A stretch of DNA of 64,000 nucleotides, taken from NCBI RefSeq assembly GCF_009914755.1, contig NC_060931.1. One strand, 5' to 3'. The notes beneath the pieces were generated by a model that had not been told where the DNA came from, searched no databases, and was given only the letters and a program-made list of their open reading frames with translations. The stretch's first letter is position 1. The number at the start of each line of letters is the position of its first letter. Both the position numbers and the translations under genes were made by a program. Of the stretch, positions 14,093-30,211 are shown piece by piece. This stretch comes from the human T2T-CHM13v2.0 reference genome, Homo sapiens.

Positions 14093-15006
14093 TCATTGTG
14101 TTTTTCAATTTTTAATATAGTTTGCTTCTTGTACTTCTAGAAATTTCAGCCACATGAAAAAGACAATAATAAAGAAAAAGGGATAAATCACCTTGAAAAT
14201 TGACAAAAGCTGTTGGTGTAGTAAGTTAGGAAAGCTGAAGCAGTGCTAAAAGCAATACTAATAGGGTGTGGTTTACAATGCCATTGGTAATGACAACTTG
14301 AAAATAGAAAAATATACAGTATTGTTTATTTTTTAATTAAAAGTTCAGATGCTTAATTTCAGGGGTGCAGAGACTTCAAGTGTCACAGCAAACTTGAAAT
14401 ACTTTATTCCTTTGTGAAACTGAATAATATATTGCTATATTTACTGCCTGAACAGTAATGTCTGCTTAATATACACACAACCAACTTGTAATTCGGTAGC
14501 AGGACTTTTAAGGCATGTATTTTCCATTCTTTTAAGATTGGCTGATTAGCATAAACCTTGGGCTCTGTTCCTCTTAGTAACAGGTGGCAATGAAATAATT
14601 TATTTTTGGATACCTGAGAGTAATGTCAAGCAGAAATAGTGGAAGGAAGGAAGAGAGAAAGGAAAGGAAAAGGAGCATAAAGGCCTATTTATAATGCAGT
14701 GGGTTGATCTCCCTGGTTAATAGCTAAGCACCGTGCCAAAAGAGATCAACGGAGAGTCTGAGGATTTCAGGCTGGATTCCTGGTTCAGCCACTTAGTAGG
14801 CACACAACCGTGGGCAAGTTATTGAACTTTTAAGCACTTATTTTTTTCTACTTCATAGAATAAAAGAGCAATGCTTATTAATGTTAAGCATTATGAATAA
14901 TACATAGGTCTGTTAAGATCAAACAAGAAAACTATATTGAGTAACACATAGTTGTGTTTAATACGTTATTATTGTTAATTATAAGTTAACCCAAAAGGCA
15001 GACGGG

Positions 15007-15361
15007 TGTCTTAGTCCATTCGGGCTGCTATAACAAGATAAACTAGACTAGGTAGCTTATAAACAACAGAAATTTATTTCTCACTTCGGAGCTAGGAAGT
15101 CCAAGGTCAAGATTCTGGCAGATTCAGTGTTCATTTACTGGTTCATAGATGGTGACTTCTAGCTGTGTCTTCACATGGTGAAAGGGACAAGACAACTTTC
15201 TGGGGCCTCTTTTGTAATGACGCTAATCCCATTCATGAGAGCTCTACTGTCATGATCTAATCATTTTTCAAAGGTTCCACCTCTTAATATCACTGGTAAT
15301 ATTATTGGTAATTGGGTTTCAACATGAATTTTTGGGGGGCACAACTGCTCAGACCATAGCA
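15007..15361 (-). mobile_element. MaLR LTR (MLT1A/MST-like)
   Basis: TGTCTTAGTCCATTCGGGCTGCTATAACAA..CAGACCATAGCA termini. Confidence 0.8.
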
Positions 15362-15611
15362 GGGGGCATGGAATAGTTCCCACCTGGACCAATGCTGAAA
15401 TGTCTTGAAAATGGGCAACAATACATCAAAAAGTTAATTCTCAAATCCCATTTTAAAAATGAAATTTCAGTGGGAATTTCCAAATTCAAACATATTTTTC
15501 TCAAACTGTGAGCTACTTTGCCATACTCTACCTCAAAATTTTATGACAGTCTTTTTCCAATTCTAAGAAAAATAAAAGGTTTAAATCTTAGTTACTTTCT
15601 TCCCCCCCCCC

Positions 15612-15743
15612 CCTTGAGCCAAGGTCTCACTCTGTCACCCAGGCACACACCACCATGCCCAGCTGGTCCTGGGCTCAAGCGATCCGCCTGCCTCCACCTC
15701 CCAAAGTGCTGGAATTACGAGCATGAGCCACTGCGCCTGGCCT
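15612..15743 (-). mobile_element. Internally deleted Alu
   Basis: Three colinear Alu pieces ending CCACTGCGCCTGGCC. Confidence 0.7.
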
Positions 15744-17309
15744 AATTCCTAATTTTTAAATGTTAATTACAATTACTGTTTGCCTACCTCAAAGTGATAA
15801 CAGACAAGCACACCGGTGAACAAGAAGCAAACCAATTACTGAAAAACAGAAACAGCTGCTCATGTGTTGTTCACTAACTTTTGTGGGTTTATGTGTGGAT
15901 GATTTTCTATATTTAAAAGCATTCTCTATATTTAGAAATATATGTGTTAAATAAACCCAGGCATACAGGGCAAATGTACCCCTCTTTTCAGCTACCTACC
16001 AAATTGCAGCCAAAAAAAGAAAACATGGAATGTGGAGTTCAAAAGTTTCTTAGACAACTTCCTCTCAGACTTGGTTCAGAAAAGGATAATAGGATGCTCT
16101 ACTTTTACTTTGCTTTTTAGATTCTTTGTGAAATAAGATAGGATATAGAATAAATGTCTAAACTTATAATGCCCTGCAAGGCTGAGGCATCTCTGCTGGC
16201 TGTAGCTTCAGTTGTCCAGTTACAGCCTTCTTGCCCATTTAACTCTTACCTTTGCTTCAGATCCTGTTCTTAACTCTGAGTTGCTCTGCTCATTCCCAAG
16301 CTTACCTTTGTTGGAGATGCTTTTTCCAATTAATACATTTATGGAGCACTTACTGTGTGTCAGATTCAGGCACAAGGGATGCTGTTTTTCTTTTCTATGC
16401 TAACTCTGCCTTCTTGCATCCCAACCTCAGCTGGATTTCTGGAGCTCCTTGAGATCCATTTACCCTATGCCTAGGAATGGGCAGGCCAGCAGTTGCAGAG
16501 ATACTGGAGTCTATTGAGACCATATCTACGGGGAGGAGCCGAGGCTCAGGTAATCTGAAGCAAGTTAACAGGTTTCAAGTCAGGGTCAGAGACTTAAGAA
16601 ATCAGATGTGGGTGTTAAGATCAGACAAAAGCAAATTATAGGGAACAGGAGAAAATTAAACGAGCAGTTGTCATAAACGCCAGTTTGTCTTTGAATCATG
16701 TCTTTCTAGGTGGTTGGCTTGGTTCAAATTTTGTTATTTATTATCCTGCTATGAATTGTGGTTTCATAAATATTTTATTTATAGTAGTAGTATTTTTTAG
16801 ATGTTTAGATGTGGAAACATAATAACGTTATATTTTCTGCTGGTAAAATTGTTCCTTGCTTGTATAATGTTATGCTGGAATTAAATACATCAGTAAATCA
16901 TGGTGCTGTGTGAAGGGCATTATGGCTTCCAAGTATTTGGTCACCTTAACAAGTCTGAAAATCACTGTTGAGGAAAATAATCTAATGGCAAAGAATAAGC
17001 TAACTGAAAAAAGATTCCAACCCAATTCAGTAATACTGTAAACAGTTACCACTTTAATGTATTTTATGTTTTTGCAGCCCTTTACATTAGCTTATTCTTT
17101 GTCAGGTTCATATATGTACACATGAAATGTATGTGTGTACATGTTAGGTGGAGCATCATATATGTTTATAGTTTATAAGGCAGAATTAAATTTATGTTAC
17201 TATGGTTTGGCATTATAGTTGCTTATTCTCTGTCCTTAATTATGTGGACAGACATAAAATTGTTAGAAAATTAAGCCCTATTCTGATTATCACTTACAAC
17301 CTTGTTTAA

Positions 17310-17720
<411 letters not shown>

Positions 17721-18714
17721 TGTATTTTCGTTTCTATGGAGCAAGTTATGACTAGAACAGAGTTTTGGGTTCTGTAGAAAAAAACTCATTTCTCCTTGTT
17801 TTGCTCTGCTTTTCACGATATTGTGGATGCCAATTTGTACTAAAAGTCTGTGTAAATATGTCCACCAATTTGATAAGTAGCTGGAAGTACTTTTATTCTT
17901 GTGTTCAATTGTAACACAGCACAGCATTCATCAGTCAGAAGGGATGCTGGACATAGTAATGGAAGAAGGTCCTAGAGCAATCTCCCTCCCTCCCCTTAGT
18001 TGCTGGGTTCTGGGGAGGTCATGGGGTAGTAGTAGGGGAGTCAGGAACTAGAAGTTTATTGTATGGAATTGCCTCCTTGTATAGAATTATGTCAATATTT
18101 TAATAACCAACCAGTGTGGTTATACTGGTGTCCCAGATTAATGTGCACCCTGAGTAGGTGCGTTTATTCTCTACCCATGCTTCAGACTTCCAGTATGTGG
18201 ATGGAAAAACCCAATCCCAAAACCATTATTTTAGTTATTAAGATAATAAAAAGGCCCATGCAGTTACTTAAAGATTTTGCTGAGAAACATGAAAATCAAG
18301 GGAAAATGCAAGTGGAAAAGTCATTTCACTTCAGGATACTTAAGACTGACTCAAAAATTCCTGTAAAATGTATGTAAGATGCAGCTTCAGTGGATTATGA
18401 TGCCTCAAACCATCTTAGAAGGCAAATCAGAGAAAGGGAGACGATTACAGCTGGTTTGTATGTCAACAAATGTGATTACTTCCTAAACTGTCTTTTCAGT
18501 GATTTTTCAAAAAAAAATCTGTTAACTGTATTTATTGAATATAAGACACAATTGATTATTTCATATACCACTAAAAAAAACCCTGCCAATTACACTATAA
18601 TCCATTACTTTAATATCATTTAAAAGCTTTTTTAAACTTATAAAAGAGCTGTTAGACTTGTTGATATATTTTATCATATATCATTCTTCTTTCTACGTTA
18701 GAAATGCAAGTGAA

Positions 18715-20465
18715 ATGTATTACCCAAAGTAATCTATGGATTCAATGTAACCTCTATCAAAACACTAACAACATTCTTCACAGAAATAGAAAAAAATGCT
18801 AAGATTTGTATGGAACCACAAAAGACCCTGAATAGCCAAAGCAATCTGAACAAAAAGAACAAAGCTGGGAGGCATCACACTACCAGACTTTGAAATATAT
18901 TACAAAGCTATAGTACCCAAAACAGAATTATACTGGCCTAAAAACAGTCTAGGTAGACCAATGGAACAGAATAGAGAACTCAGAAATAAATCCACGTATT
19001 CACAGCCAGCTGATTTTCAACAAAGTCTCCAAGAACATATAACCGGAGGCTGGGTGTGGTGGCTCATGCCTCTAATCCCAGCACTTTGAGAGGCTATGGT
19101 GGGAAGATCACTTGAGGCCAGGAGTTCAAGAACATACAATGGGGAAAGGATAGTCTCTTCAACAAATGGTACTGGGAAAACTATCCATATGAAGAAGAAT
19201 AAAACTAGACCCCTATCTCTTACCATATACAAAAATCAACTCAAAATGGATTAAAGAATTAAAGGTAAGACCCAAAACTGAAATCACTGGAAGAAAACAT
19301 GGGGAAACACATCAAGCCATTGGTCTAGGCAAAGATTTTTTTGGATAAGACCTCAAAAACACAGTTAACAAAAGCAAAAATAAATGGGGTTATATTAAAT
19401 TAAAATGCTTCTGCACAGCAAAGGAAAACAACAGAGTGAAGAGACAACCTAAAAAATGGGAGAAAATATTTGCAAGCTATCCATCTGGCAAGAGATTCAT
19501 ATCCAAAATGTATAAGGAACTCAACCAAGAGCAAAAAAGCAAATAACTTGATTAAAAAATGGGCAAAATAATCTGAATTGACATTTCTCAAGAGAAGACA
19601 TACAAATGGCCAACAGATACATGAAAAAAATACTCAACATCACTAATCATCAGGGAAATGCAAGTCAAAATGACAATGAGATATCATCTCATCCCAGTTA
19701 AAATGGCTATTATCAAATAAACAAAAAATAGCAAATGCTGACAAGGATGCAGAAAAAGAAGGCCTCTTATATACTGTTGGTAGGAATGCAAATTAGTACA
19801 GTCATTATAAAAAACAGTATGTAAGTTCCTCAGAAAACTAAAAATAGAAATAGCATTTAATTCAGCAATTCTACTACTGAGTATATATTCGAAGGAAAGG
19901 AAATCAGAATGTTGAAGAGATATTTGCACTCCCATGTTTATTGCAGCACTGTTTACAATAGCTAAGATATGGAATCAACCAAAGCACCCATCAATGGACA
20001 AATGGGTAAAGAAAATGTGGTGTATATACACAATGGAATATTATTTAGCTGTAATAAAATGATTTGTAATTTTTGGCAACATGGATGATCCTGGAGGATA
20101 TTATGGTAAGTGAAATAAGCTAAGCACAGAAAAACACTGCACATTCTCACTCATATGTGGAAGCTAAAAAAGTTGGTCTCATAGAATAGAGGTTACCAGA
20201 GGCTGGGGAGGGGTAGGGAGTTGGCAGAGGGATAGAGAGGTTGGTTAATTGATACAAAATTAAAGTTAGATAAGAGTAATAAATTCTATAGCACAGCAGC
20301 GTGGCTATAATTAACAATAAATTATAGTGTATTTTAAAATACCTAGAAGAGAGGATTTTGAATGTTCTCTACACAAATAAATGGTAAATGTCTGAGGTGA
20401 TGGATGTGTCAATTACCCTGATTTGATCATTACACAATACATACAATTATGTGCCAATTTGAAAT
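18715..20465 (+). mobile_element. L1MA-type LINE, ORF2 3' end and 3' UTR
   Basis: ATCTATGGATTCAATG.., ACCACAAAAGACCCTGAATAGCCAAAGCAATC, CTTCTGCACAGCAAAGGAAA, and an L1MA-like tail (TACCCTGATTTGATCATTACACA). Confidence 0.85.
19048..19130 (+). mobile_element. Tailless Alu 5' fragment inside the L1
   Basis: GGCTGGGTGTGGTGGCTCATGCC..GGAGTTCAAG, flanked by duplicated CAAGAACATA. Confidence 0.85.
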
Positions 20466-20507
20466 ACATACATATATAAATGAAATAGTTTCTTCACATC
20501 AGTGACT

Positions 20508-21352
<845 letters not shown>

Positions 21353-22063
21353 ACCGTAAGTCAACAATTTTCGACCAATACCTTCTGTGCCCTTAAAAGC
21401 ATAAACGATGCAGCATTTCTTAAAAGGAGCCTCCATTATTATCTTTGGGAATTTTCTCTACACTAATGGTATACATTCTACAAGTTTTGCTGGAGATATA
21501 TGGGCAATAATACCTACAACATACCTGCCTGTTGGCAGACCACAAATGACACATCTCTCTTTCAAAGATGTTAAAATACGGGGGAAAATGTGCTTCATAG
21601 AATCAGTGAAAGACGTTTTAGGTCATGTTTATTATCTGCCTTCCGCCTCCATCAACCCCTTTCTCTCTCTAAGAACTTGATCTTGTCCATTTCAGGACAA
21701 ACCTGAGGTTCGTAGAGGGTTAGTGTATTTACATCCTCCACTTTACATGCACCGCACAGGGCTTGTATGGTTATGGGGGGAAAAGCCGTTGGTGTGAACT
21801 GAAAGAATGCTTTGTTAACTCAAACATTTCTCAGCCCAAGAAACCTTTGCTATGAGTGTCACAAAGGGGAATACCTTCTTTGTGGGGTCCTGAAATTGCT
21901 GGGTAAGTGGTGATGGTGGTTGTTGGGAAAGGAGCTTATGATGCTGGTGGAATTTTGGGTCTTAAAGAGGGCATATTAATCTTTAAAGAATTGGAAATAT
22001 TTCAGTTACATGTAATGGTCTATATCTTGCAACAATTCATTACCAGCATATTAGGTAATGCAT

Positions 22064-22077
22064 ACACACACACACAC

Positions 22078-22108
<31 letters not shown>
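22064..22108. repeat. Compound microsatellite (CA)n(TA)n(GA)n
   Basis: Directly visible. Confidence 0.95.
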
Positions 22109-22997
22109 AGCAAGAATGCAAACAATTAGCAGTGCCACACCCAACGGGTGCATAGTCAAAGCAAATATAAAATAAAGACAGAGATTTACCTGACCTAACC
22201 ACACTGATATCCTCCTTTAATCCTTCTCCAATAAGTAAGATATCACGTATGGAAAGGTTTTTAAACTATTAAGCACTAGACCAATGTACACTTTAATTAC
22301 ATACGTGGGCTGCCTCAATGCTGAGAGAGTGGCAGATCCTCATTTAATTCCCACCTGTGCCTGACTTTGACCACTTTCTCTGAGCTTTCTCTTCATTTCT
22401 GATTTCAAGGAAAGGTGTAAGGAACAAAAATAGAAATAATGATGTTTAATACGATTTAGAAGAAGTTCAGAAATAATTGTGCTTATACCCCCTACAACTT
22501 AACTCCCTTTCATGTTCTTTGGATGAATTTATTTAATCCCTAAATCTTCTTCCTTCTCTGGAGCTAATACTCCTAAAATAAAGCTTCTTTCCTGTTCTGA
22601 TTACCTGGAATTTAAATCTCTTTTTACAGATTTATCCTTCCCCCTTTTTCCTTCAGGGGCTCTAACTCTTTCCCTGACTGGAATTTCTTGGGTCACAGAA
22701 GTCCCTCCCTCCTTAACATCTTTGTAGTGCTTCTTTCAATTCAACAAATATATGAACAATAGTATTGCTAGAGGGCCTAACTTAGATGCTGCAGGGGATT
22801 TAACAAAATGACCCAGTCCCTGATAGTGTCTGCCTTCAAAGGGCTTAAATATTTACAAGGAAATCTAAGAAAACTATACAGTTAGGTATAATGTAGGGTA
22901 ATGTGTATTATATTGGTACAGAAAAAGAAGACAAGTACTAGGTGAGGACTTCCTCTCCTGAGATTCTTGTGGTGGTTGTTTCCTTCCTTGATCACTT

Positions 22998-23000
22998 ACT

Positions 23001-23043
<43 letters not shown>

Positions 23044-23328
23044 TAAGACAGGCTCTTCTTCTGTCACCCAAGCAGGAATACAGTGGTGCCATCACGGCTC
23101 ACTGCAGCCTTGACCTCCTGGGCTCAGTTGATTTTCCCACCTCAGCCTCCCCAGTAGCTGGGACTACAGGTGCATGTCACCATGCCTCTCTAATTTTTAA
23201 AATTTTTTTTGTAGAAAGGGGTTTTTCCATGTTGCTCAGGCTGGTCTTGAACTCCTGGGGTCAAGCAATCCACCTGCCTCAGCCTCCTAAAGTGCTGAGA
23301 TTACAGGCCTGAGCCACTGTGCCTGGCC
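22998..23328 (-). mobile_element. AluJ with (TTTA)n tail
   Basis: (TTTA)n run followed by antisense Alu consensus. Confidence 0.88.
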
Positions 23329-23479
23329 TTGATTGCTTGCTTTTGACAGTTTTAGTACACCGCAGTTTTTTTCTCTGTAGATATTGCAACATTGTTCTTT
23401 CCTATAAATTAATCAGTTTTTCTTTACTATTTTTCCTCCTTTAACTGTTAAATTCATGTTATAGTCTACAGAAATGCTT

Positions 23480-23806
<327 letters not shown>

Positions 23807-24392
23807 TAATTATTCTATCAAAACCAGCAGTGGTAAGACCATATCACTTTATTTCTGCTTTGAATGGTCTTTACCTTATGAGTTGACTTCTGCCTGTGAT
23901 CTGCATGCATCTTCTACTGGTGGATAATCCTTCTCTGCCTCCACCCTTGTCCATGTTATGTATCTGATGACCCAAATAGCAGCTCCCTGTTATATTTGTC
24001 CTTCACCTGCTTATTTCTGTCTCTAAACCAGATATTAAAATTCCTCAAGTCACATGGTTTTCTCAATTTTACGTTGTTTTTCTTTTTCTCTTTGCAAAAT
24101 CTTAAGTTGACCTCAGTCAAGGGCTTCTGCTAGAATAAAGTTCCTTTAACGTTTAGTCATACTTAAAAAAAAAGTAATAAAGTATTCATCATTTATGGGA
24201 AATCATGTTAGTGTAAAGTGATATTTCCAATGATGTTATATATGTAGCAGGTGCATCTGAGACAAAAACACCTTCATACCTCCCTTGGTTGACTACCAAA
24301 TGAATGCTTTTTCCCCTTTCCTCACTAAGAGAACCCAGATTTTCCTCAGGCTCCTCCTAGTGGCCATATTCTTAGAAGGTGGCTGGAGATAA

Positions 24393-25719
24393 TCTTGAAC
24401 TTGAGAGTGATGATTTAGGATATCTGGTGGAAGAAATTTCTAAGCAGCAAAGCATTCAAAAAGTGGTCTGTTTTTGAACAGCAAAAGCTGTTCTAACAGC
24501 TGCTTCTAACAGCATATGGTCATATGCATTCACAAAGAGATGGTCTGAAACTGGAACTTACATTTTAAAGGGAAACAGCATAAAAATTTAGAAAATTTGC
24601 AACCTGACCATGTGGTAGAAAAGAAAAACTCATTTTCTGGGGAGGAATTCAAGTGGCTACAGAAATTTGCATAAGTAAAGAGGGGCCAAATGTTAATAGC
24701 CAAGAGAATGGGGAAAATGCCTTGAAACATTTCAGAGACCTTCACAGTAGCCCCTTCCATCACAGGCCTGGAGGCCTAGGAGGGAAGAATGGTTTTGCGG
24801 GCTGGACCCAAGGCCCTGCTGCCCTGTGCAAACTTGGACACACTGCTCCCTGTGTCCCAGCCACTCCAGCTCCAGCTGTAGCTAAGAGTCCCCCAGGTAC
24901 ACCTCAGGCCGCTACCCCACAGGGTGCAATAAGCCTTGACAGCTTCCAAGTGGTGTTAAGCCTGCAGATGCACAGAGGGCAAGCATTCGGGCTTCAGAGC
25001 CTCTGTCTAGATTTCAGAGGATGTATGGAAACACCTGGATGTCCAGGCAGAAGTGTGCTGTAGGGGCAGAGCTCTCCTGGAGAACTTCTACTAGGGCAGT
25101 TTGGAGGGGCAATATGTGTGTTGGAGCCCCCACACAGAGTCTCCACTGAGGTCCTGCCTAGTAGAGCTGTAAGAAGAGGGCCACTGTCCTCCAGATCCTG
25201 GAATGGTAGATCCACCATTGGCTTGCACTGTGTGCCTAGAAAAGCTGCATGCACTTAGTGCCACCCTATGAATGCAGCAAAGGGGTCTGTATGCTGCAGA
25301 ACAAGAGGGGAGGAGCTTTCCCAAGGCCTTGGGAGCCCACCACTTGTGTCAGTATTACCTGGTGTGAGACATGGAGTCAAAGGAGATGATTTTGGAGCTT
25401 TAATATTTAATGACAGTCCTGCTGGGTTTCAGACTTGCATGGGGCCTGTAGCCTCTTTGTTTTTGGCCAATTTCTCTTTTTTGGAATGGGAGCATTTAGC
25501 TAATGCCTGTATCCAAATTATATTTTGGAAGTAACAACTGGTTTTGATTTTACAAGCTCACAGGTGGAAGGGACTTGCCTTGTTTCAGATAAGACTTTGG
25601 ACTGTGGACTTTTAAGTTAATGCTGGCATGAGTTAAGACTTTGGGGGACTATTGGGAAGGCATGATTGTATTTTGAAATGTTAGAAGGACATAAGATTTG
25701 AGAGGGGTCAGGGGCAAAA
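24393..25719 (+). mobile_element. MST/THE1 MaLR internal region, 5'-truncated
   Basis: GAACTTGAGAGTGATGATTTAGG..GAAATTTCTAAGCAGCAAAGCATTCAA..; purine tract GAGAGGGGTCAGGGGCAAAA precedes the LTR. Confidence 0.85.
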
Positions 25720-26091
25720 TGATATGCTTTGGATTTGTGTCCGTGCCCAAATCTCATATCAAACTGTGATCCCCAGTGTTGGCAGAGGGGCCTGATGAGA
25801 GGTGATTGGACCATGGGGGCACATGTCCCCCTTGCTGTTCTCATGATAGTGAGTTCTCATGAGATCTGGTTGTTTAAAAGTGTGTGGCACTTCCCCCTGC
25901 TCTCTATTCTTCCTGCTCCAGCCCTGTAGGACATGCTGGCTTCCCCTTCACCTTCCACCACGACTGTAAGTTTCCCGAAGCCTCCCCAGCCATGCTTCCT
26001 GTACAGCCTGCAGAACTATGAGGCAATTATACCTCTGTTCTTTATAAATCGCAGGTAGCTCTTTACAGCAGTGTGAGAATGGACTAATACA
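25720..26091 (+). mobile_element. MSTA-like 3' LTR
   Basis: TGATATGCTTTGGATTTGTGTCC..GAATGGACTAATACA termini. Confidence 0.85.
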
Positions 26092-26619
26092 TTGCCCTTT
26101 TCCTTTCTCCTCAGGGCACTCTTTTTCCTTTCAGTTATTCAGAACCTTCCTATTCTTTTAAAATTATCTGCCCATCAAATTTGAAGAGTTGTGAGATTGG
26201 ATTATTCATCCTTATAGAATAATAGGAGACTGGAAATAATTATGTATTGTTATTTATTAGTCTGGTACTGAAAGCTAAGTATGAATTCATCCTTGGGGTG
26301 TTCAGCATGAATACTATTTTCCCAAACAAGAGATTGCATATTTACCATACGTTAGATGGTAATTTAATCTGAGTTATTTAATCTGAGTGCCAGCTGCCTC
26401 ATATGTTAAATGGAGATAATAACTGTAATATCTCTAGAGTCACTGTGAGAATTATGTGAGATAATTCACATAATCACACAAACTTGTAGTCATCCCCAGA
26501 CCCCTGGCCACTCCTTCACAGAGCTCTTGGCACACTATCACTCTGTCTAACACTACTTCTGTAACAATTTTTAGTGCTTTCAATAGCCATAGAGATGATT
26601 CTTCCAAAGCTTTAATTAT

Positions 26620-28890
26620 GTGACCTCTTCTCTTACAGTGATCCTCAAGTCCACCCTACCTCAGCTACTCACCCCCGTGGCCTTACCCTAGACCTCTTCA
26701 TTTCCAATAAATGTAAGTAACGGCCCCCATTACATTAATTCACTTCTAACCATTATATTATTGCTGCTACCTCCTATCTTTCTAGCTCACTTACTCAACT
26801 ACTCACACTTTAAAAATCTTTGACCCTACCTGGTCAAGCAATCCATTCATGTCATTGCCTTTTTATTGCCTCTCAGTTTCTTCATGTCTTCACTTCCCTC
26901 CTTACCCAGCTTAGTTATTATAGTAAAATATTAATGAGTCACTTTTATATCCCCTGAACTCTCCTGCCCTAATGCCTCTCAATCAAACTATCCTGGCAAA
27001 ATCCAAACCAGTCATGGTTAAATCCAGCCAACATAGCTCTAATAACCATGCAGTTGAATAAGGCTGGAGGAAAACATCCAAATCCATGATAATTACACTC
27101 AAGTGGGCCTTTATTGCTGCTCTGCAAATATACTATATTCCATAGTTTATTCACTTTTCCAGTCTCCTGAACACTTCCTCCCTATTTTGCATCCTTAGTT
27201 GATGACTTTGCTTTTATTTCATTAGACAATAGACACAATCAGGGCCAGCACAGTGGCTTACAAATCCCAGCATTTTGGGAGGCTGAGGTGGAGGATCACT
27301 TGAGGCATGAAGCTAGGAGTTCAAGACCAGCCTGAGTAATAGGGTAAAACCCCATCTGTACTAATAAAAGAAAAAAAAAGAAGTTGAAAATAGACATAAG
27401 CATCTATGTCTCCCACTCCCACTTTTATCAAGCTACCTATATCTTACTCTGCCTTTCCTCCTTCTTCTATGGATGAAATCTGTGTTTCTAAAGGTTAATC
27501 TCTATTTAAGACTAGACTGCATCCTCTTCTTACCTACTCAGAGATAGCAATTCCTTCCTTTTCTCTCCAGCATCAGCAACTTTTCCCTCTCTATTGAATC
27601 GCTTTCATCAGAAAAAGAAAATGCAGAGATATATTTTCAAAATAAGAAAATGCCTATAAAAAGAAAACTTTTGTTTCTATACCTACTTTCTACTCCATTT
27701 CTCTGTTCCTTCTAGAAAGAGTTTTCCACATTTATTCTCTCTAAATTTTCTTCTTCCACTCTCTCTTAAACTTATTCCAACCAGACTTTTGACCCTACTG
27801 CTCCATTGACAGACTTCTTCTCCAAGTCATGAATGACGGCTCCATGTGATGAGGTCCAACAGTTGATTCAAGTCTTCATCTTACTTGACCCCTCAGCATT
27901 TGCACAGTTGGCTACTCCCTTTTTCTGGAAGTCCTTTTTTTCCATTGGCTTCTAGAAATCTGCTTTCACTTGGTTCTCTTTGTACATTATATGCTTTTTA
28001 TTTCCCACTGTACCTCAGCTACTCACCGTCATGGTCTTACCAGAGGCTTCTTCATTTCTGACAATTGAAAGTAACTACTCCATTATTTCATTTCTAATCG
28101 ATACACTCTCTCACTGCTACCCCCTATCTTTACCAGTTTTCTTTTCAGCGTTCTTTACTTGTGCCTCCTCAGCCTCAGGGTTTGGTCTTTACACAACCTT
28201 AGGTAACCTTGTCTAGTCTCATAACTTCAAATATCATTTCTGTGCTGATGATTTCCAGATTTATTTATCTAGGTTGGACCTCTTTCCTGAACCTGTACTA
28301 TAAATCCATTTGTCATTTCACTATCTCCATGTGAATATTTAATAGACACCTCACACTTAACATACCCAAAGCCAATCTGTTCATTTCCTTCCTCAAATCT
28401 ATTTTATTCTGCAGGTTTCCTTATCTCAGCTTTTTTGTTTTTTTTTAAGACAGGGTCTCACTCTGTTGCCCAGGCTGGAATACAGTGTTGTGAGTGTGGC
28501 TTCCTGCAGCCTCAACATCCTGGGCTCAAGCAATTCTCCTGCTTCAGCCTTCTAAGTAGCTGGAAGTACAAGCACATGGCACCATGCTCAGGTAATCTTT
28601 TCAAAACTTATTTTTATTAGAGATGGGATTTCACTATGTTTCCCAGGTGGTTCTCAAACTCCTGGCCTCAAGAAATCCTCCTGCCTCAGCCCCCCAAAGA
28701 ACTAGGATTACAGGCATGAGCACTGCACCCAGCCTTTCATCACATTTTAAATCTATCCCTTACTTTATCAGAAAAAAATTATATTAATCCATACTCATTA
28801 CTTTTTATATATCTTATATTCACATCATTAACAACTCCTTGTGGCTTCACTTTTAAAACATATTCAGAATCTAACCACATCTCATAACTT
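26620..28890. mobile_element. Degraded L2 fragments, interrupted by a FLAM (27243-27380) and an AluJ (28432-28734)
   Basis: Pyrimidine-rich L2-like motifs (CATCTTACTTGACC.., TCTGTGCTGATGATTTCCAGATTTATTTATCT, CACCTCACACTTAACATACCCAAA). Confidence 0.6.
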
Positions 28891-30055
28891 CTCTCTCCCT
28901 TTTTAAAAAAATTTCCAACTTTAAGTTCACTGGTACATGTGTAGGATGTGCAGGTTTGCTACATAGGTAAATGTGTGCCATGGTGCTTTGCTGCACAGAT
29001 CATCCCATCGCCCAGGTATTAAGTCCAGCATCCATTAGCTATTCTTCCTGCTGCTCTCCCTCCTCCCACACCCCACCCTCTGATAGGCCCCAGTATGTGT
29101 CGTTCCCCTCAGTGTGTTCACATATTCTTATCATTCAGCTCCCACTTGTAAGTGAGGATGCAGTATTTGGTTTTCTGTTCCTGCGTTAGTTTGCTAAGGA
29201 TAACGGCATCCAACTCTATCCATGTCACTGCAAAGGACGCAATCTCATTCCTTTTTATGGCTGCATAGTATTCCATGGTGTATATATACCAAATTTTCTT
29301 TATCCAGTCTATTATTGATAGGCATTTATGTTGATTCCATGTCTTTGATATTGTGAACAGTGCTGCAATGAACATACACATGCATATATAATAGAACAAT
29401 TTATATTCCCTTGGGCATTTACCCAGTAATACCATTGCTGGGTCAAATGGTATTTCTGCCTCTAGGTCTTTGAGGAATTGCCACACTGTCTCTCACAATG
29501 GTTGAACTAATTTACTCTCCCACCAACAGTGTAAAAGCATTCCTTTTTCTCCACAACCTCACCAGCATCTGTTGTTTTCTGACTTTTTAATAATAGCCAT
29601 TCTGACTTATGTGAGATAGTATCTCATTGTGGTTTTGATTTGCATTTCTCTAATTATCAGTAATGTCGAGGTTTTCTTCATATGTTTGTTGGCTGCCTGT
29701 ATGTCTTCTTTCAAGAAGTGTCTGTTCATGTCCTTTGGCCACTTTTTAATGGGTTTTTTTTTCTTGTAAATTTATTTAAGTTCTTTATAGATGCCAGATA
29801 TTAGACCTTTGTCAGATGGATAGATTGCAAACATTTTCTCCCATTATGTGGGTTGTCTGTTTACTCTGAGGATAGTTTCTTTTGCTGTGTGGAATCTCTT
29901 TAGTTTAATTAGATTTCATGTGTCTATTTTTGCCTTTGTTGCAATTGCTTTTGGTGTCTTCATCATGAAATCTTTCCCTGTGCCTATGTCCTGAATGGTG
30001 TTGCCTAGATTTTCTTCTGGGTTTTTTTTTTTCATAATTTTGCATTTTACATTTA

Positions 30056-30211
<156 letters not shown>

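Noticed and set aside
14703-14750. 9-bp inverted repeat GTTGATCTC/GAGATCAAC
   Set aside because: Too short to exceed chance in 64 kb.
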